A DNA stretch of 63,068 bases, the filler included, from Octopus bimaculoides (Eukaryota), in NCBI RefSeq assembly GCF_001194135.2. It is 6 parts of 5 records of this genome, joined end to end, with 100 filler letters (N's around TTAATTAATTAA, not from the genome) between each part and the next. Parts side by side here need not be neighbours in the genome. Positions count along the whole stretch, not along the records: positions 16,891 to 30,158 come from NC_068992.1; positions 30,259 to 46,662 come from NC_068991.1; 4 more parts are not named here. One strand, given 5' to 3'. A program made the translations under genes and the position numbers. Shown in pieces: positions 25,401 to 38,241 of the stretch. The notes below the pieces were generated by a model, which was not told the origin of the DNA, did no database searches, and saw nothing but the letters and a program-made list of their open reading frames with translations. Every line of letters begins with the position of its first letter. Position 1 is the first letter of the stretch.

Positions 25401-25800
25401 TTTTCCAATCGAAGTCGGATGTAGAGGGTTCACTGGATACAGTGTGACACGACAGTTGTTATCGTTGGCCCCAACTCATCGTAAAGTAAATACCACCATG
25501 ACCAATATCCAAACTACAATGGAAAAGGCTATCCACTGGATTTGGTTAAAAAGAGACGATGAGCGATGGCTAGAAGAATATTGAGCTATATTTAATAACC
25601 AGTTGATCTAGCAAGCGGGGGCTCATATTCGTGAGGTGGGGCGGTGCAAGTATGATGCGGAGCGAACGCAGATCTGTTGTTAGCATTGATGCCTTCGAAA
25701 GGTAGGCCCCGAAACGGCGCGTATTCTCTCCTGATGACCCCATACATTTGCTGGCTTCCGGTATGCGGAGTTCTCGACTGGTAGCATGTGCATGTGCAAG
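22490..25800 (+). mobile_element. R2/Hero-clade non-LTR retrotransposon (RT + RLE), pseudogenised
   Basis: Frameshifted ORFs with IPGIPGCIEH, LNVAWLDLTNAYGS, GIAAGCTISV, FMDDVT (RT) and LVELMVPNEDN...RKIDRY, FPIEVGCRGF (RLE domain). Confidence 0.9.
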
Positions 25801-25990
25801 TTGTTTGCAAAAGATATATACTACGATCACACAGACACACACACGCACGCACGCACGCACACACAAACACTCACACGCACACACATTTGAATTTATATTT
25901 AGCCCAAAATACTTTATTATAGCTTGTAATCGGTGATAAAAACTTACAGCAACATTTACACATAAAGAGCTTGTTTAGCACTTTGATATC

Positions 25991-26021
<31 letters not shown>

Positions 26022-26029
26022 AGTTGAAA

Positions 26030-26175
26030 TTTAAAGAAAAACAAAAGACAAAGACAGGCGTATAAACAACAAATAGGTGTATTAGTTTAACTCTCGGGAA
26101 GGTGAGGAAGTCTTTTACGTTTCGAGTCTACGCTCTTCAACAGGAAGGAACACGAAGAAATAAATAGAGAGAATG
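26030..26175 (-). repeat. Hammerhead-variant repeat copy (motif 26111-26148)
   Basis: Minus strand: CCTTC CTGTTGA A GAG CGTAGA CTC GAAAC GTA AAAGA. Confidence 0.75.
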
Positions 26176-26199
26176 TCTATATATATATATATACTTGTG

Positions 26200-29100
26200 G
26201 ATATAATACATGAAGTGAACGCACATATTAAACGCTAGTGCAATAGTCATTTCAGAAGGAAATTCTCGTGGTTGAAACATAAACAATACAAACTTGCAAA
26301 AGAAGAGAAACAGAAGTAATCAGATAAAATAAACGGGATTATTATGGCAGATATCCCACTACCAGCGGAATTCAACAAGGACAACGAGACGAACATCTAT
26401 GGGGGAATAGCAACTGACCCAGATGAAAAGCTGGTACTTCAACTACCACCAAAATATACTGTCCGATCCCTTTCTGAAATTCTTCACAAAAAATACATTG
26501 GAATTTAAACGTGTTCAACAAAAATCACAACAACAACAGTAGAAACCACAATAACCGCAGCAACAATAACAACCCAAGCAATAATGACCGCAACAACAAC
26601 AACAACACGAACAACTACAACCGCGCCAACAGCAGCAGCAACAGCAACAGCGGCAAAAACGAACACACGAACACAAGCAACAGATACAAATACAAAAACA
26701 GAGAAAAAATCGAATAGAACAACAACAACAATGGTAACAGGTGTCCGTAGGCAGAAGCACACGAATAAATGTAGGGTCATGAGGGTCATGGAGGAGAGTA
26801 AAGTTGAATGCAACAGAATTCTTGGACAAGGAGTCAGCAGACTTGAAACGGAAAACACTACGGCTAGGAACAGAAACAACAACCACAACAGGGGGAATAG
26901 CAGGGACCAACAGGTAGACATAAGAACCAACACTAATACGAACAACACATACAGCGACACCAGGTACAAGAATAACGAGAATATCACAAGTTAATAATAA
27001 TCAGAGAGTTAATAATAGTGGCAGCAGCAGCAGTAGTAGTAGTAGTAGTGGTGGTGGCAGATGAGGTGGTAGTAGTAGTACTACTACTAGTGGAGTTGAT
27101 GATGGTAGCAGTAATGGTGGTAGTGGTAGTGAGGAAGATAACCCTAGAAGGGCCAACAACATGAATACCCACCCCTTGACACTCAGTTCTTCAGCATACG
27201 TGGCAAATCTTACAACATGAGCTGTATTTACCCGACAACACTACCCTTTAACAAGAGGGTCTGCATTCCAAGACATACTAGTGACCACATGGAAGCACAA
27301 TTCACTATAGCTAGGGCAAAACTTAGACAGATTTTAGAACTAAACACTAAGAGACAGAATAGGACAGAGGCCCAACAACTTGGGAATATACCCACGAGTG
27401 GCGTACGTAAGTTCATGCAGCGCACGAGGAACGGAGAGGTGGTATGCCTCCCCACAGACAAGTCCGGCAGGATGTCAATAGACAGCTTGCCGAACTACAT
27501 CCAGGTAATGCAATCTCACTATGAAAGTAACAACTTTACAGACGCATGAGGAGAGAGAAAAGGTCCTCCATACCCACACGATGATGCGGACAATTCTTCT
27601 TGGACCTCAGAAACGCACGGCCAACAATTTCCAATCCTGGAAGAACGATATCCTGACGCTGTATGGACTCTGCAAGGACCACAAAATTACCAGTAATCCA
27701 GTGGCAGGACCACCAACAAGGCTAGTATGTGGAAGGAGTATCGCTAGCAACTACAGGATCTCCTACTTCCTCTCAATGATCATACGCCCCATAATCTAGA
27801 TGTCACCAGATGTTAGTGACAGCACGGAAGTTCTCCTCAGCAAGATTAACGACTATAATATCTGCGATCTGACAGGATGTATAGTGGGTAGCATAGATGT
27901 GGTATCCCTATACCCATCTATTGACGTGGATTTTGCGGTGGAAAAGTGCATAGAGATGATCAGCGAGAGTGAAGTGGAGTTCCACAATGTCAACACAGAG
28001 GAACTGGGCCACGTACTTAGACTGATATATGACAGACATGACCTTAGAAGTTTCTGTCCCAGTAGACGTTTAAGGGGTAGACCCCTGCCCCACAATTACA
28101 TATATGGCTAGGAAGGCCCCTACAGAGAGTTGGAGCGGATGGACCAGAGCCATAGGGATCCACGAAAACAAATATCAAGTAAAGAAAATGATCGCTCATG
28201 CACTAGGAGCTAGTATAAGAGTTACTCTAAAAGGCCACACGTTTAACTTTAACAAAATATACGCACAGAATAAGGGGGCAGCCATCGCGGTTAGTATCGC
28301 CGGTGATGTGGCCAACTTTTTCATGGTATGGCGGGACAGAAAGCTTAAAGAACGCCTGACACAGAATTCCATACTCATGAACATGTATGCTCGCTATGTC
28401 GATGATATCAACATAGTGGTAAAGGCACCCCACAAGAGAGTACTCTTGAAATAGAAATAGAAACTAATACTATGGAGAGCATCCAGCAAATAGCTAATTC
28501 CATCCACCAGAGTATTAAAGTCACGATAGACTACCCTACGAAAGACCCTAACCATAGACTACCAGTTCTAGATACAGAACTCTGGCTGGAAACTGTGAAC
28601 AGTAAAACCCAAATCTTTCATTCACGCTACGCCAAACCTATGGCCTCCAAATGCTTGATCCACCGGAAGTCAGCTATCACGGACAATGCCAAATTCAATA
28701 TATTGATGGCAGACCTCATCAGAGTAATGAGAAATGTATCCCGCATGTGCGACCCTACAGAGTTAAAGAGACACATACAACACTTCGTTCACCGCATGCA
28801 GTTCTCAGGATACAGCCATAGAGAAAGGATCAGAGTATATAAAGGAGCCATGAGGAAATTTGAAACTATCATACGTAACGATAGGAATGGGATTTGCCCA
28901 TTCTATAGGAGCAAGTCATGGAACACCATTAAAAGGACTAAGAAGAAAATAGAGAAGGCCAACTCATGGTATGATAGTCACAAATACCAGTATCATGTTC
29001 GTCGACACCACCCTAGAAGCGAACTGGCGTACCGCTTTAGAAGGGCCCTAGACAAACTTAAACTAAGAATTAAGGTTGTAGAAAGGCCAGGTAACCCTAT

Positions 29101-30075
29101 CAAGTCACTAATCAGTAGAACCTACTCTTTTAGTAGAACACCCTGTACTGATAGGAACTGTATTGTATGTAGATTTGGCCCACATTCAAACTGTAAAGCT
29201 AGGAATGTAGTTTATCGTATAAGATGTATAGAAGGACGGTGCAGTAACAAGACAACGACGTATGTAGGGGAGACAGCACGGAGCATAGGAGAGCGGATAA
29301 ATGGGCATTGGAGGGAACTTAAAGACGAGAAGAGCTCATCGATTCTATACCAGCACGCCGAGCAGAAACACGGGGATCACTCAACAACATAGAAGTTAAA
29401 ATCGTGTCCACACATAGAACAGACGCAAGGCTTAGATAAATTATTGAAGCTACACACATAATAGAAGATAAACCTAGCCTCGATAGAAAACTAGAATGGA
29501 ACACTAGCACTACACACACGCACGCGCACACACACACACACACACACACCACAACCTTTGACAGAATAAGATACCCATAAACTGATAATATTATGAAAAA
29601 ATACAATACAGATAAATAAATGGAATTAAATAACTATATACATAAACAAAAAAATTAAATTGAACTAATACAAAAATAAAGAAAATAAACAGTAAGTGAA
29701 TATTAAAAAATAAATAAAACTAAATTAAACGAATGTGTATTACCTGCGGATACTGATATTGCTGGCACATTCCCCCCCCCACACACACACACACACTTGC
29801 TAAACACAGACACACACAGGGACATGCGCAAATAAAGACATACAATAAGAATACAAAATAGCAGATCGTTAGTAAGGAGAGACGCACATACAAAAAAAAA
29901 AGAAAGAAGAAAGAAAAGGACCACTCATGAGGTCACAGAAGTATGACGAAAGAACTCTGACCGAAATACAATTAATATAAAATAATGCTGAAGCAAGTGA
30001 ATACCAAATATATAGTGCGTTATAGTGTTTTCACTGGCTAAACTGGCAACATGACCATCCCCAAATACAACTATA
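26200..30075 (+). mobile_element. Penelope-like element (RT + GIY-YIG) with 3' pseudo-LTR, pseudogenised
   Basis: LPTDKSGR, LYGLCKDHK, GSIDVVSLYPSID, YARYVDDI, and GIY-YIG region NVVYRIRC...TYVGETARSIGERINGH; several frameshifts; low-complexity expansion at 26515-27140; terminal repeat about 29740-30075 homologous to 53920-54195. Confidence 0.9.
29918..29962 (+). ncRNA. Degenerate minimal type I hammerhead ribozyme (core CUCAUGA)
   Basis: GGACCA CTCATGA G GTCACA GAAG TATGAC GAAA GAAC TC TGACC; paralog of 54040-54084 with a core G-to-C change and one stem II mismatch. Confidence 0.7.
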
Positions 30076-30107
30076 TATGTGTGTGTATGTTTGTGTGTGT
30101 GTGTATT

Positions 30108-30158
<51 letters not shown>

Positions 30159-30258
30159 NNNNNNNNNNNNNNNNNNNNNNNNNNNNNNNNNNNNNNNNNN
30201 NNTTAATTAATTAANNNNNNNNNNNNNNNNNNNNNNNNNNNNNNNNNNNNNNNNNNNN

Positions 30259-30297
<39 letters not shown>

Positions 30298-30301
30298 CAT
30301 A

Positions 30302-32943
30302 CAGGGGTTGGACAAAATAACTGAAACAGTAGAAATTTAACTTCAATATTTCAATGAGCCATTATATTACAAATATCCATCCAAATTTCATTGAGTGTTT
30401 TTTGGATTCTAGATGGTTTTATTTATCTAATTTAATGATTATTTCTATATCTTTTTCAGGTCGTAGTATAAATTGAGCTAAGATGCCTGACCTCACTGAG
30501 TTCAAAAAAGAGCAAATTGTTGGAGTTCGAAATGCAGGAGTTTCCGTTGACAGAACAGCTGAACTTGATTTTTTGAGAGCTACCATATCTAGAACCATGA
30601 CTGAATCTGAGAAGCAAGGCAAAACCTCCAGCAGGAAGAGAGAGTCTGGCAGGACTTCGAAGCTCACTGAAAGAGACTGGTGGATGTTGAATTGCACTGT
30701 GATAAAAAATCACCAGACAACTGCCCCTAAAGTGACTACAGAGTTGAATCAACATCTGACTAGCCCAGTTTCAACCAAAACTGTTCACCGTGGGCTCAAT
30801 AAAGTTGGATATCATGGAAACCTCTGCTTTCTCATCAAAACATTCAGAGAAGGCTGAACTGGTGTAGAGATCACAAGGGCTGGTTGACAGACCAATGGAA
30901 ACAAGTAATATTCTCCGACAAGTCCAGTTCTTCTCTTTTCCCCATTGCAGGGTGAGTTTATGTGTGGAGGCAGCCTGGGGAAGTTGTTAATCCTGACTGC
31001 CTTCTTCCTACAGTGAAACATGGAGGAGGTTCTGTGATGGTTTGGGCAGTCATTTCCTGAAATTCTCTTGTTCCAGTTGTTGCTCTGTGTGGTAGGATCA
31101 ACAGCAATGATTACACTGGGCAACAAAACGAATTTTTTGTCATGCTGATTTGGGGTAATTTTAGGGTGCTGAATCCAAATCTGACATCAGTTTTCTGACA
31201 GCACGTGTAGTTTTTTTAGTTATTCACAGAATCAGATTTTCCAACCAATTGATAATATTGACAAAGTAGTAGGCTATTTGCTTTCGATTTTCATTCATAT
31301 ACTCATCACTGAAACAAAAATAAGTGCTGATAAAGGGAAATGCAGGCTACCTGTTAAATTGCCAGACAAGATGAGAATTTATTTTACTTTGTTATCGCTG
31401 TAATTATAGTAAAGTTCTCCTCACAGTAGGCTATTGATATTAGGTCATAGTAAGCCACTCAAACTCCCTTTTCTTGATAACTGCTAGTGTTGTTAAAACA
31501 AAGTACATCAATGGATAAAATTTTGCACTTGATTAAATATTCTGAGCACAAATGGAATATATGCAGGGACTTGAAAGTTATTAGTTTGCTTCTTGGGTTG
31601 CAAATAGGGTATACAAAGCATCACTATGATCAAAAAAGAGTGGCCAAAGAGAAGTTATTTCACTCCAGGGAGTTGACCCTCAGAAAATTTACCTTCCTCC
31701 CTTAAGAATTTTGTTAAGGCCATGAATGAAGATGGTGAAGAATTCAAATATCTCAGTGAAAATTTGTTTCTAGCAAGAGTGAAGCTAAGATCAAAGCTAG
31801 TGTTTTTAATGGACCAGAAATTCACACACTAAGTTGTGATGAGCTTTTTCAAGAAACATTAAGCTCAGTAGAGAAAACTGCTTGGGAAAAGTTTGTTTCT
31901 CTTGTAAAAAATTTTTTGGTAAATGAAAAATCATCTAACTACGTTGCAATTGTGAATGATTTTTGAAAGCTTGTAAGCAACTTGAGACAAGAATGTCTCT
32001 AAAAATTTATTTTCTCCACTCTCATCTTGATTTTTTCCCCACCCAATATGAGTAATGTAAATGATGAGCATGGTGAAATCAAAGAGCTGGAAAGCTGCTA
32101 CAGTGGCAGACTTACACCAAACATGCTGACGAATTACTGCTGGGTTTTAAAATGAGAAACGGACATGCAACATAAGCGTAAAAGAAGACGCCAAAGCTAT
32201 TTTTGAAAAACATAAAATTAATAACATTCACTTTACACTTTTGTTTTGTTTTATTGGTTTTAGAGCTACTTGTCTACCTAGTTGCTATTGTTCTTATACC
32301 AAATAACAGTAATTTACACTTAACATAACATTCATTTTATTTGTCATGAATTTTCACATTATTGTAATTTTGATAGCAGTATAATAATGATAGTGCAAAA
32401 ATGTGATGTGCTAGAGCAAAAATGACTGCAGATTCAGAAGCAGCGCTCCCAAATTACCTATGAGCACCATTTCGTCTAATAGTAGCAAACATTTTGTTGC
32501 CTAGTGTTATCTGAATATTTTGGGAAAATCTAGTCCTTCCCATGGTCCAGGCACTATTCCCTGATGGTTAGTGCAGCTTCCAAGATGGCAATGCTCCAAT
32601 ACACAGCACTCATGTGGTTAAGAATTGGTATGAAGAGCATAGTAGTGAGCCACAACACATGGATTGCCCCACTCAGTCTCCAGATCTTAATATTATTGAG
32701 CATCTGTGGTGCATCTTGCAGCGACAAGTTAGAAGTCGCTACCCTCCACGGTCGTGTCTGCAACAGCTGGAGCAGGTTTTGCAGGAAGAATGGATCAAGA
32801 TTCCTCTCAATGAAGTCAGGAAGCTCTATGAATCAATTCCTAGATATATCGAAGCTGTTAAGAAAGCTAAAGGAGGACCAACTCCATATTAAAAAAATAT
32901 CCGTTGAATTTAACATGTGTTCCAATTATTTTTCCAACCCATG
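30302..32943 (+). mobile_element. Tc1-like (DD34E) transposon interrupted by a nested element
   Basis: Degenerate TIRs CAGGGGTTGGACAAAATAACTGAAACA / rc CATGGGTTGGAAAAATAATTGGAACA; transposase MPDLTEFKKEQIVG...VIFSD...[12 protein letters not shown]...FQDGNAP...SPDLNIIEHLW. Confidence 0.9.
31114..32506 (+). mobile_element. Chapaev3-like (CMC) DNA transposon, internally deleted, nested in Tc1
   Basis: TIR CACTRGGCAACAAAA; TTA duplicated at 31111-31113 and 32507-32509; remnants DLKVISLLLGLQIGYTK and MSLKIYFLHSHLDFFP..DEHGE...YCW. Family assignment is from recalled CAC termini, TWA TSD and motifs. Confidence 0.8.
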
Positions 32944-32976
32944 CCAGCATGGAAGGCAGACATTAAGTGATGATTA

Positions 32977-33012
<36 letters not shown>

Positions 33013-34084
33013 ATAATATAGATTTAATCAAAAGATTAAATGTGGTACTTAAAATGTTTGAGGCACCAGAATTTGGTAGGGTAAAAACCAAAAACAAAAT
33101 CAAGAGATTTGGTGAATAAAATTTGAAGAAAAGCAACAAAAATTCAATAGGTTATAACATACACACACACACACATACATCCACATACACACACACATAT
33201 ATACATGCATATACAGACGTATACATACCTTCACTTTCATTCCATCAATATATATATATTAGCATACCCATGTTGTCAAAATGTCAACAATTTTATTAAT
33301 GATAGAAAATAGCACATCAACACAATGGGAGAAACTGCTGATAAAAATGTCAGCAATCTAGTAAATATATATGTACTTACACAGAATTGATGCACTTGAA
33401 GAATCAGATATGGTTGTAACATCTCAGTTGAAAATATTGTCCACATACATGTGTGTATATATATTATATAGATACACACACACACATATGCACGCACACA
33501 TGTGCTCATATACATGTGCACACAAACACACAGTTCATACCACCACGCACACACACATGCAGTTACTGCCACACACACACTACCATACATACACATGCTA
33601 CCACACACACACATGCTACCACACACACACACATCATCTTCAGACTTTCCTGTCCCAGAAAGCATTTTCTGTTTCTCCTTCTACTTCTGGTCACTTTATA
33701 AATGTAACTGCATATGGATTATTGGCAATTGTTTTCCTGCTCTTCCTTCTTCCCTTTGAACTTTCCTGTTTTTCCAAAGAAAAGCTATGCTCGAAACGTA
33801 CAACAACTGCTATTTTCCTTCTCCAAGCATCATATTGATACACTACTTGCGCTACGTCCTCTTTTTGTATTTTTGTTTTTGGTTTTCAATTAACAGTCTA
33901 ACCTGTCAATAACAAACTTTTTGTTTCATGAAATCTTTGAAAGCTCGTTATTAAGCAAGTTTGTAATATAAATATGTCAATAAAGAACTTTATATTGAGA
34001 AAAAAGTTATGAATTTAAGTAGTTTACATCTATTTATTTACCTTAATTATGATTTTTTAATAACATTTTTAAAGAAAAGTTGGT

Positions 34085-34248
34085 AGGCTCAGGAGTGGTT
34101 GTGTAGTAAGTAGCTTGCTTACCAACCACATGATTCCGGGTTCAGTCCCACAGCATGGCACCTTGGGCAAGTGTCTTCTGCTATAGCCTCGGGCCAACCA
34201 AAGCCTTGTGAGTGGATTTGATAAACGGAAACTGAAAGAAGCCCGTCG

Positions 34249-34292
<44 letters not shown>

Positions 34293-34352
34293 TGTTTGTC
34301 CCCCCAGCATCGCTTGACAACTGATGCTGGTGTGTTTACGTCCCCATAACTT
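34085..34352 (+). mobile_element. Microsatellite-containing SINE, 3' truncated
   Basis: Head ggctcaggagtggttgtgtagtaag, B-box-like ggttcagtccc, internal (TG)n. Confidence 0.85.
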
Positions 34353-34477
34353 TTGACCCTGAAAACAGGACACCCTAGTATACATATGTGCATGTATTCA
34401 AGTACACACTATTTATATCCACCAACAATCTCAACTGCAAGCATAAATATGCATATATATTTTCCTTATTTGTTTAC

Positions 34478-34681
34478 TTATCCATTCATTGAAGAGTGTA
34501 AAGGGCAAATCATTTGAAAAATATACATTACTCATGTGAAATTGTAATTGCTTTATAATTTTTCCAGAACAATCCAAGGAAATGCCATTATCACCAGCAC
34601 ATAAAATTATAACCCCTTGATTTGAAACCAGTTTGAGTGCCAATGCATGAAACTTTAGATCCTTGAGCCACTCTGTAACTT
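34478..34681 (-). CDS. Candidate unassigned internal exon (204 nt, phase 1-1)
   Basis: ttggcag|AAGTTACA...GGATAA|gtaaac; open frame VTEWLKDLKFHALALKLVSNQGVIILCAGDNGISLDCSGKIIKQLQFHMSNVYFSNDLPFTLFNEWI; no homolog recognised. Confidence 0.3.
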
Positions 34682-34772
34682 CTGCCAATTATTAATGAAA
34701 AAATATATATGAAAACAGGACAGTCTACTTGAGTTTCCCTTCCTAGCTGACTGATCACATCAATCAAGGCAA

Positions 34773-34825
<53 letters not shown>

Positions 34826-34899
34826 CATATATATATTGGGTGTGATGGGTAAATTGTCACTATTTTATATTTTTTATTTCGCGCATGTGCATTGTTTGT

Positions 34900-35600
34900 T
34901 TTTGATTTTGTCAACTACACAGTATAGTAGGGTCAGATTGGCATTATCTGTGAGAAAAACAGCACCATGAAGCAATTCACTCAGCCAGAAATTTGAAAAT
35001 GACATGCTGTACTGCTTGGCATTCATGCTGGAAGCTCCAATACAAACATTTCACAGTGCTTTGGTATCAATCAGACAACAGTGCAATCTGAGGACATGTA
35101 CTGAGAGTGATAAAAATCAAACATACAGTCAACATGATGGTGTTTGGAGTGATCATTAGTGATGGCAACGTTATGCCACCATTCATCTTCCCACACGGCC
35201 TCAGACTCAACATGAAAGCCTACATCAAGTGCCTGTAGGAGTAGTGCTACCCTGGGTCAAGTGAGTGGCTGCTGGAAGACCCTGTCTGGCAACAGGACTC
35301 TGCAACCACGCCACACAAGCAGGAGAACCCAGTCACGGATGTCAGACAGTTTCTGCAACCACATCACCCCTAACATCTGGCCACCTAACTCCCCAGACTG
35401 CAACCCTCTTGATTATTAGGCATGGGGTGCAATTGAACAAGAGACCAACTAAACTCCTTGTAACACCAAAGATGAATTGAAGGCAAGGATTATGGCAGCA
35501 TTCACCAACTTAAACAAGGAAACCATCCAGAAGAGTTTCAGGAGATTCCAAAGTCATCTGGAGGCTGTGGTTGAAACCAATGGCGATTTTATTGAATAAA
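34900..35600 (+). mobile_element. Tc1/mariner (DD37D maT-like) transposase remnant
   Basis: MVFGVIISDGNVMPPFIFPHGLRL...WQQDSA...WPPNSPDCNPLDY...LEAVVETNGDFIE*, with stops and frameshifts. Confidence 0.8.
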
Positions 35601-35779
35601 TTTACTCTTTAGTATTTCAAGATATTTTCATGTAATTTTGATAAATATATGTTAAAATGGGATGTCAGGGTTATTTTCATTTTTGCATAATTTAGACGAC
35701 AATATATTCACTNNNNNNNNNNNNNNNNNNNNNNNNNNNNNNNNNNNNNNNNNNNNNNNNNNNNNNNNNNNNNNNNNNN

Positions 35780-35825
<46 letters not shown>

Positions 35826-38241
35826 TGTGTGTGTATGAATTTGCAAAAGAGGGCATACATATATATTCATATATATATACATATATGTATGTTGCATGTG
35901 TTGTGTGTGTGCATGCTTATATATATATAGAAGTATCAGATTGTATAAGAGAAAGAGGGGAAGTAAAGAAAAAAAGGAAGATGAAAGTGTTCAACTAAAT
36001 GAAGCAGATCTGACATTTGGCTTCCCATTGTGATGTTTTGTAGAGAAATGTCAATTTTGAAATAAAATTACACAGGTTATTTTAAAGACACCTATTCAAG
36101 ATTGACTTAAACAAGGGGAATTTAGAGAATGTTTTTGTTTTTTGTATAGCCCCAAGTTATTCTTGCCCAAGCATGACAACCGCCTGTAAAAACATGGCCG
36201 AATGAAGCAACAGGTTTAATTCCCCCAATAAGTTATTCTAGATTCACTGATCTTGCATCTACTTTGATACCAAGTTATACATTCTGTTGCAACATTCATT
36301 GGTTTTATTGTATGGGGTCCAATGTGGAATTGAAAAACATGGTACACAATCGCCAACTTCAAATAAAGTTTGCTCCATTCCAGCTGTGACTACCTCCAAA
36401 ATCTTTGGCAACATAGTGAACAAGGGAGCCTGTACATGGTCACTCAAACTGCTAAAATTAGAGGCTAAATCTCCATCAAACACATTATAATCTTGAAAAA
36501 GGATACACTAGATAATACAATCTTGGTTACACTACATTTGGATGGAATTGTCATGACTGGACTACCTTGGATCACAAATTTGCTGCATCAGAGCAGATCT
36601 TGGAGATTAAACAACAACAATGATTAGAATAAACAATTGTTAAGTTTCTGATGAATGAACAATGTTTTGCTTCATTACTATGTAATGTATTACTGAAAGT
36701 TTCTATAAGATATGTTCAACAGTACATTATATAATAATCCTTCAAACTACAGGCACAAGGACTGAAATTTAGAGAGAGGGAGCTAGTCAATTACATTGAC
36801 CCCAGTGTGCAACTGCCACTTATTTAATAGGCCCAGAAAGGATGAAAAGTCGAACTCAGAACAAAAGGACACATGAAATGCCAATAAGCATTTTATCTAA
36901 TGTCCTAAAAATTCGGCCATCTACACCTGACAAAGGAAATAATCCCAAGATTCAAACCACATCTCCAGAACAAGCCTGCTTTTNNNNNNNNNNNNNNNNN
37001 NNNNNNNNNNNNNNNNNNNNNNNNNNNNNNNNNNNNNNNNNNNNNNNNNNNNNNNNNNNNNNNNNNNNNNNNNNNNNNNNNNNNNNNNNNNNNNNNNNNN
37101 NNNNNNNNNNNNNNNNNNNNNNNNNNNNNNNNNNNNNNNNNNNNNNNNNNNNNNNNNNNNNNNNNNNNNNNNNNNNNNNNNNNNNNNNNNNNNNNNNNNN
37201 NNNNNNNNNNNNNNNNNNNNNNNNNNNNNNNNNNNNNNNNNNNNNNNNNNNNNNNNNNNNNNNNNNNNNNNNNNNNNNNNNGGGGGTTAAGGCACAAGCT
37301 GCAGGAGTAATAAAGATGATGCAGTTGTCAATAGAGAGGATAAGAGAGAGTGACTGATGACATGGTTGGTAGTCTGCAGGAGCGAGAGGGCAGGTAGAAG
37401 AGCTAGGCCTAACGCATGGAAGTGGAACATTGGTCACTGTAATATGGGTGGAGAGCAACATACACAGCACTTCCAGATCTCAATTTCACTGACTAAGGCA
37501 GTCCTTTTCAAGAAGGCCTTTTCAGAGATCCCAATCTTTTGTCTCCTCTGTCAGGCTCAGGGTCCTAAGGTCAGCTTTAACCACTTCACCTCATGTCTTC
37601 CTGAGTCTCTCTCTTCTGCAAGTTTGTTAAATCATAGACAGCATTGACATAATAATAATGTAAATAAGAGTTATATGCAAATAAAGAAAGATTTAAAATA
37701 AAGATACCAAAGAAATACCCAATCTGTCCTTTTAGAAATGAATATGAGTGAGTGGGTTAGATTAGGTGTATACAAAATATGGACAAAGAATGACCAAATG
37801 GCTAAGAAGTTTACTTCCTAATCATAAGGTTCCATGGTTTACCACACTATGTAGCATCTTAAAAGTGTCTTCTACTGTAGCCTCAGGTCAGCCCAAGACA
37901 TAAATGAAATTGAGTAGCTAGAAACTGTAGAAGCCTGACAGATATATGGTACCTCTAATCCAATGGTCCAGCCTTGTCAAACAACACTTTTATTATTATC
38001 TTGGTTCATGAAACACTAACAAAATCAGATATTACTGCATAACAAGTAGCTCATTCACAATAAAAAATAAAATAGAAAAGGAGTTGGGGAGTTTTAGGGA
38101 TGAAATAAAAAAATTTTATGTTACAACTGATTCAATCTGTGCTGATAATATAACTTCTTAAAATTCATATTTACAAATTGAGTTTTACAAGCTTTAAGTA
38201 GTGTTTTGAGAAAATAAAGATTTATATTAAAGAAAACTCAC

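Noticed and set aside
25700-25745. CTGATGA and CGAAAC in the Hero 3' UTR as a possible hammerhead
   Set aside because: Stems I and II cannot form (cccc on both sides of stem II, no stem I complement).
36259-36490. Minus-strand ORF ...SDHVQAPLF...MYNLVSK* with faint resemblance to the OTUB C-terminal exon
   Set aside because: No RPGHY motif and wrong splice phase; the plus strand looks like a decayed RTE LINE (VLLYG... and related remnants), so this is probably an antisense shadow ORF.
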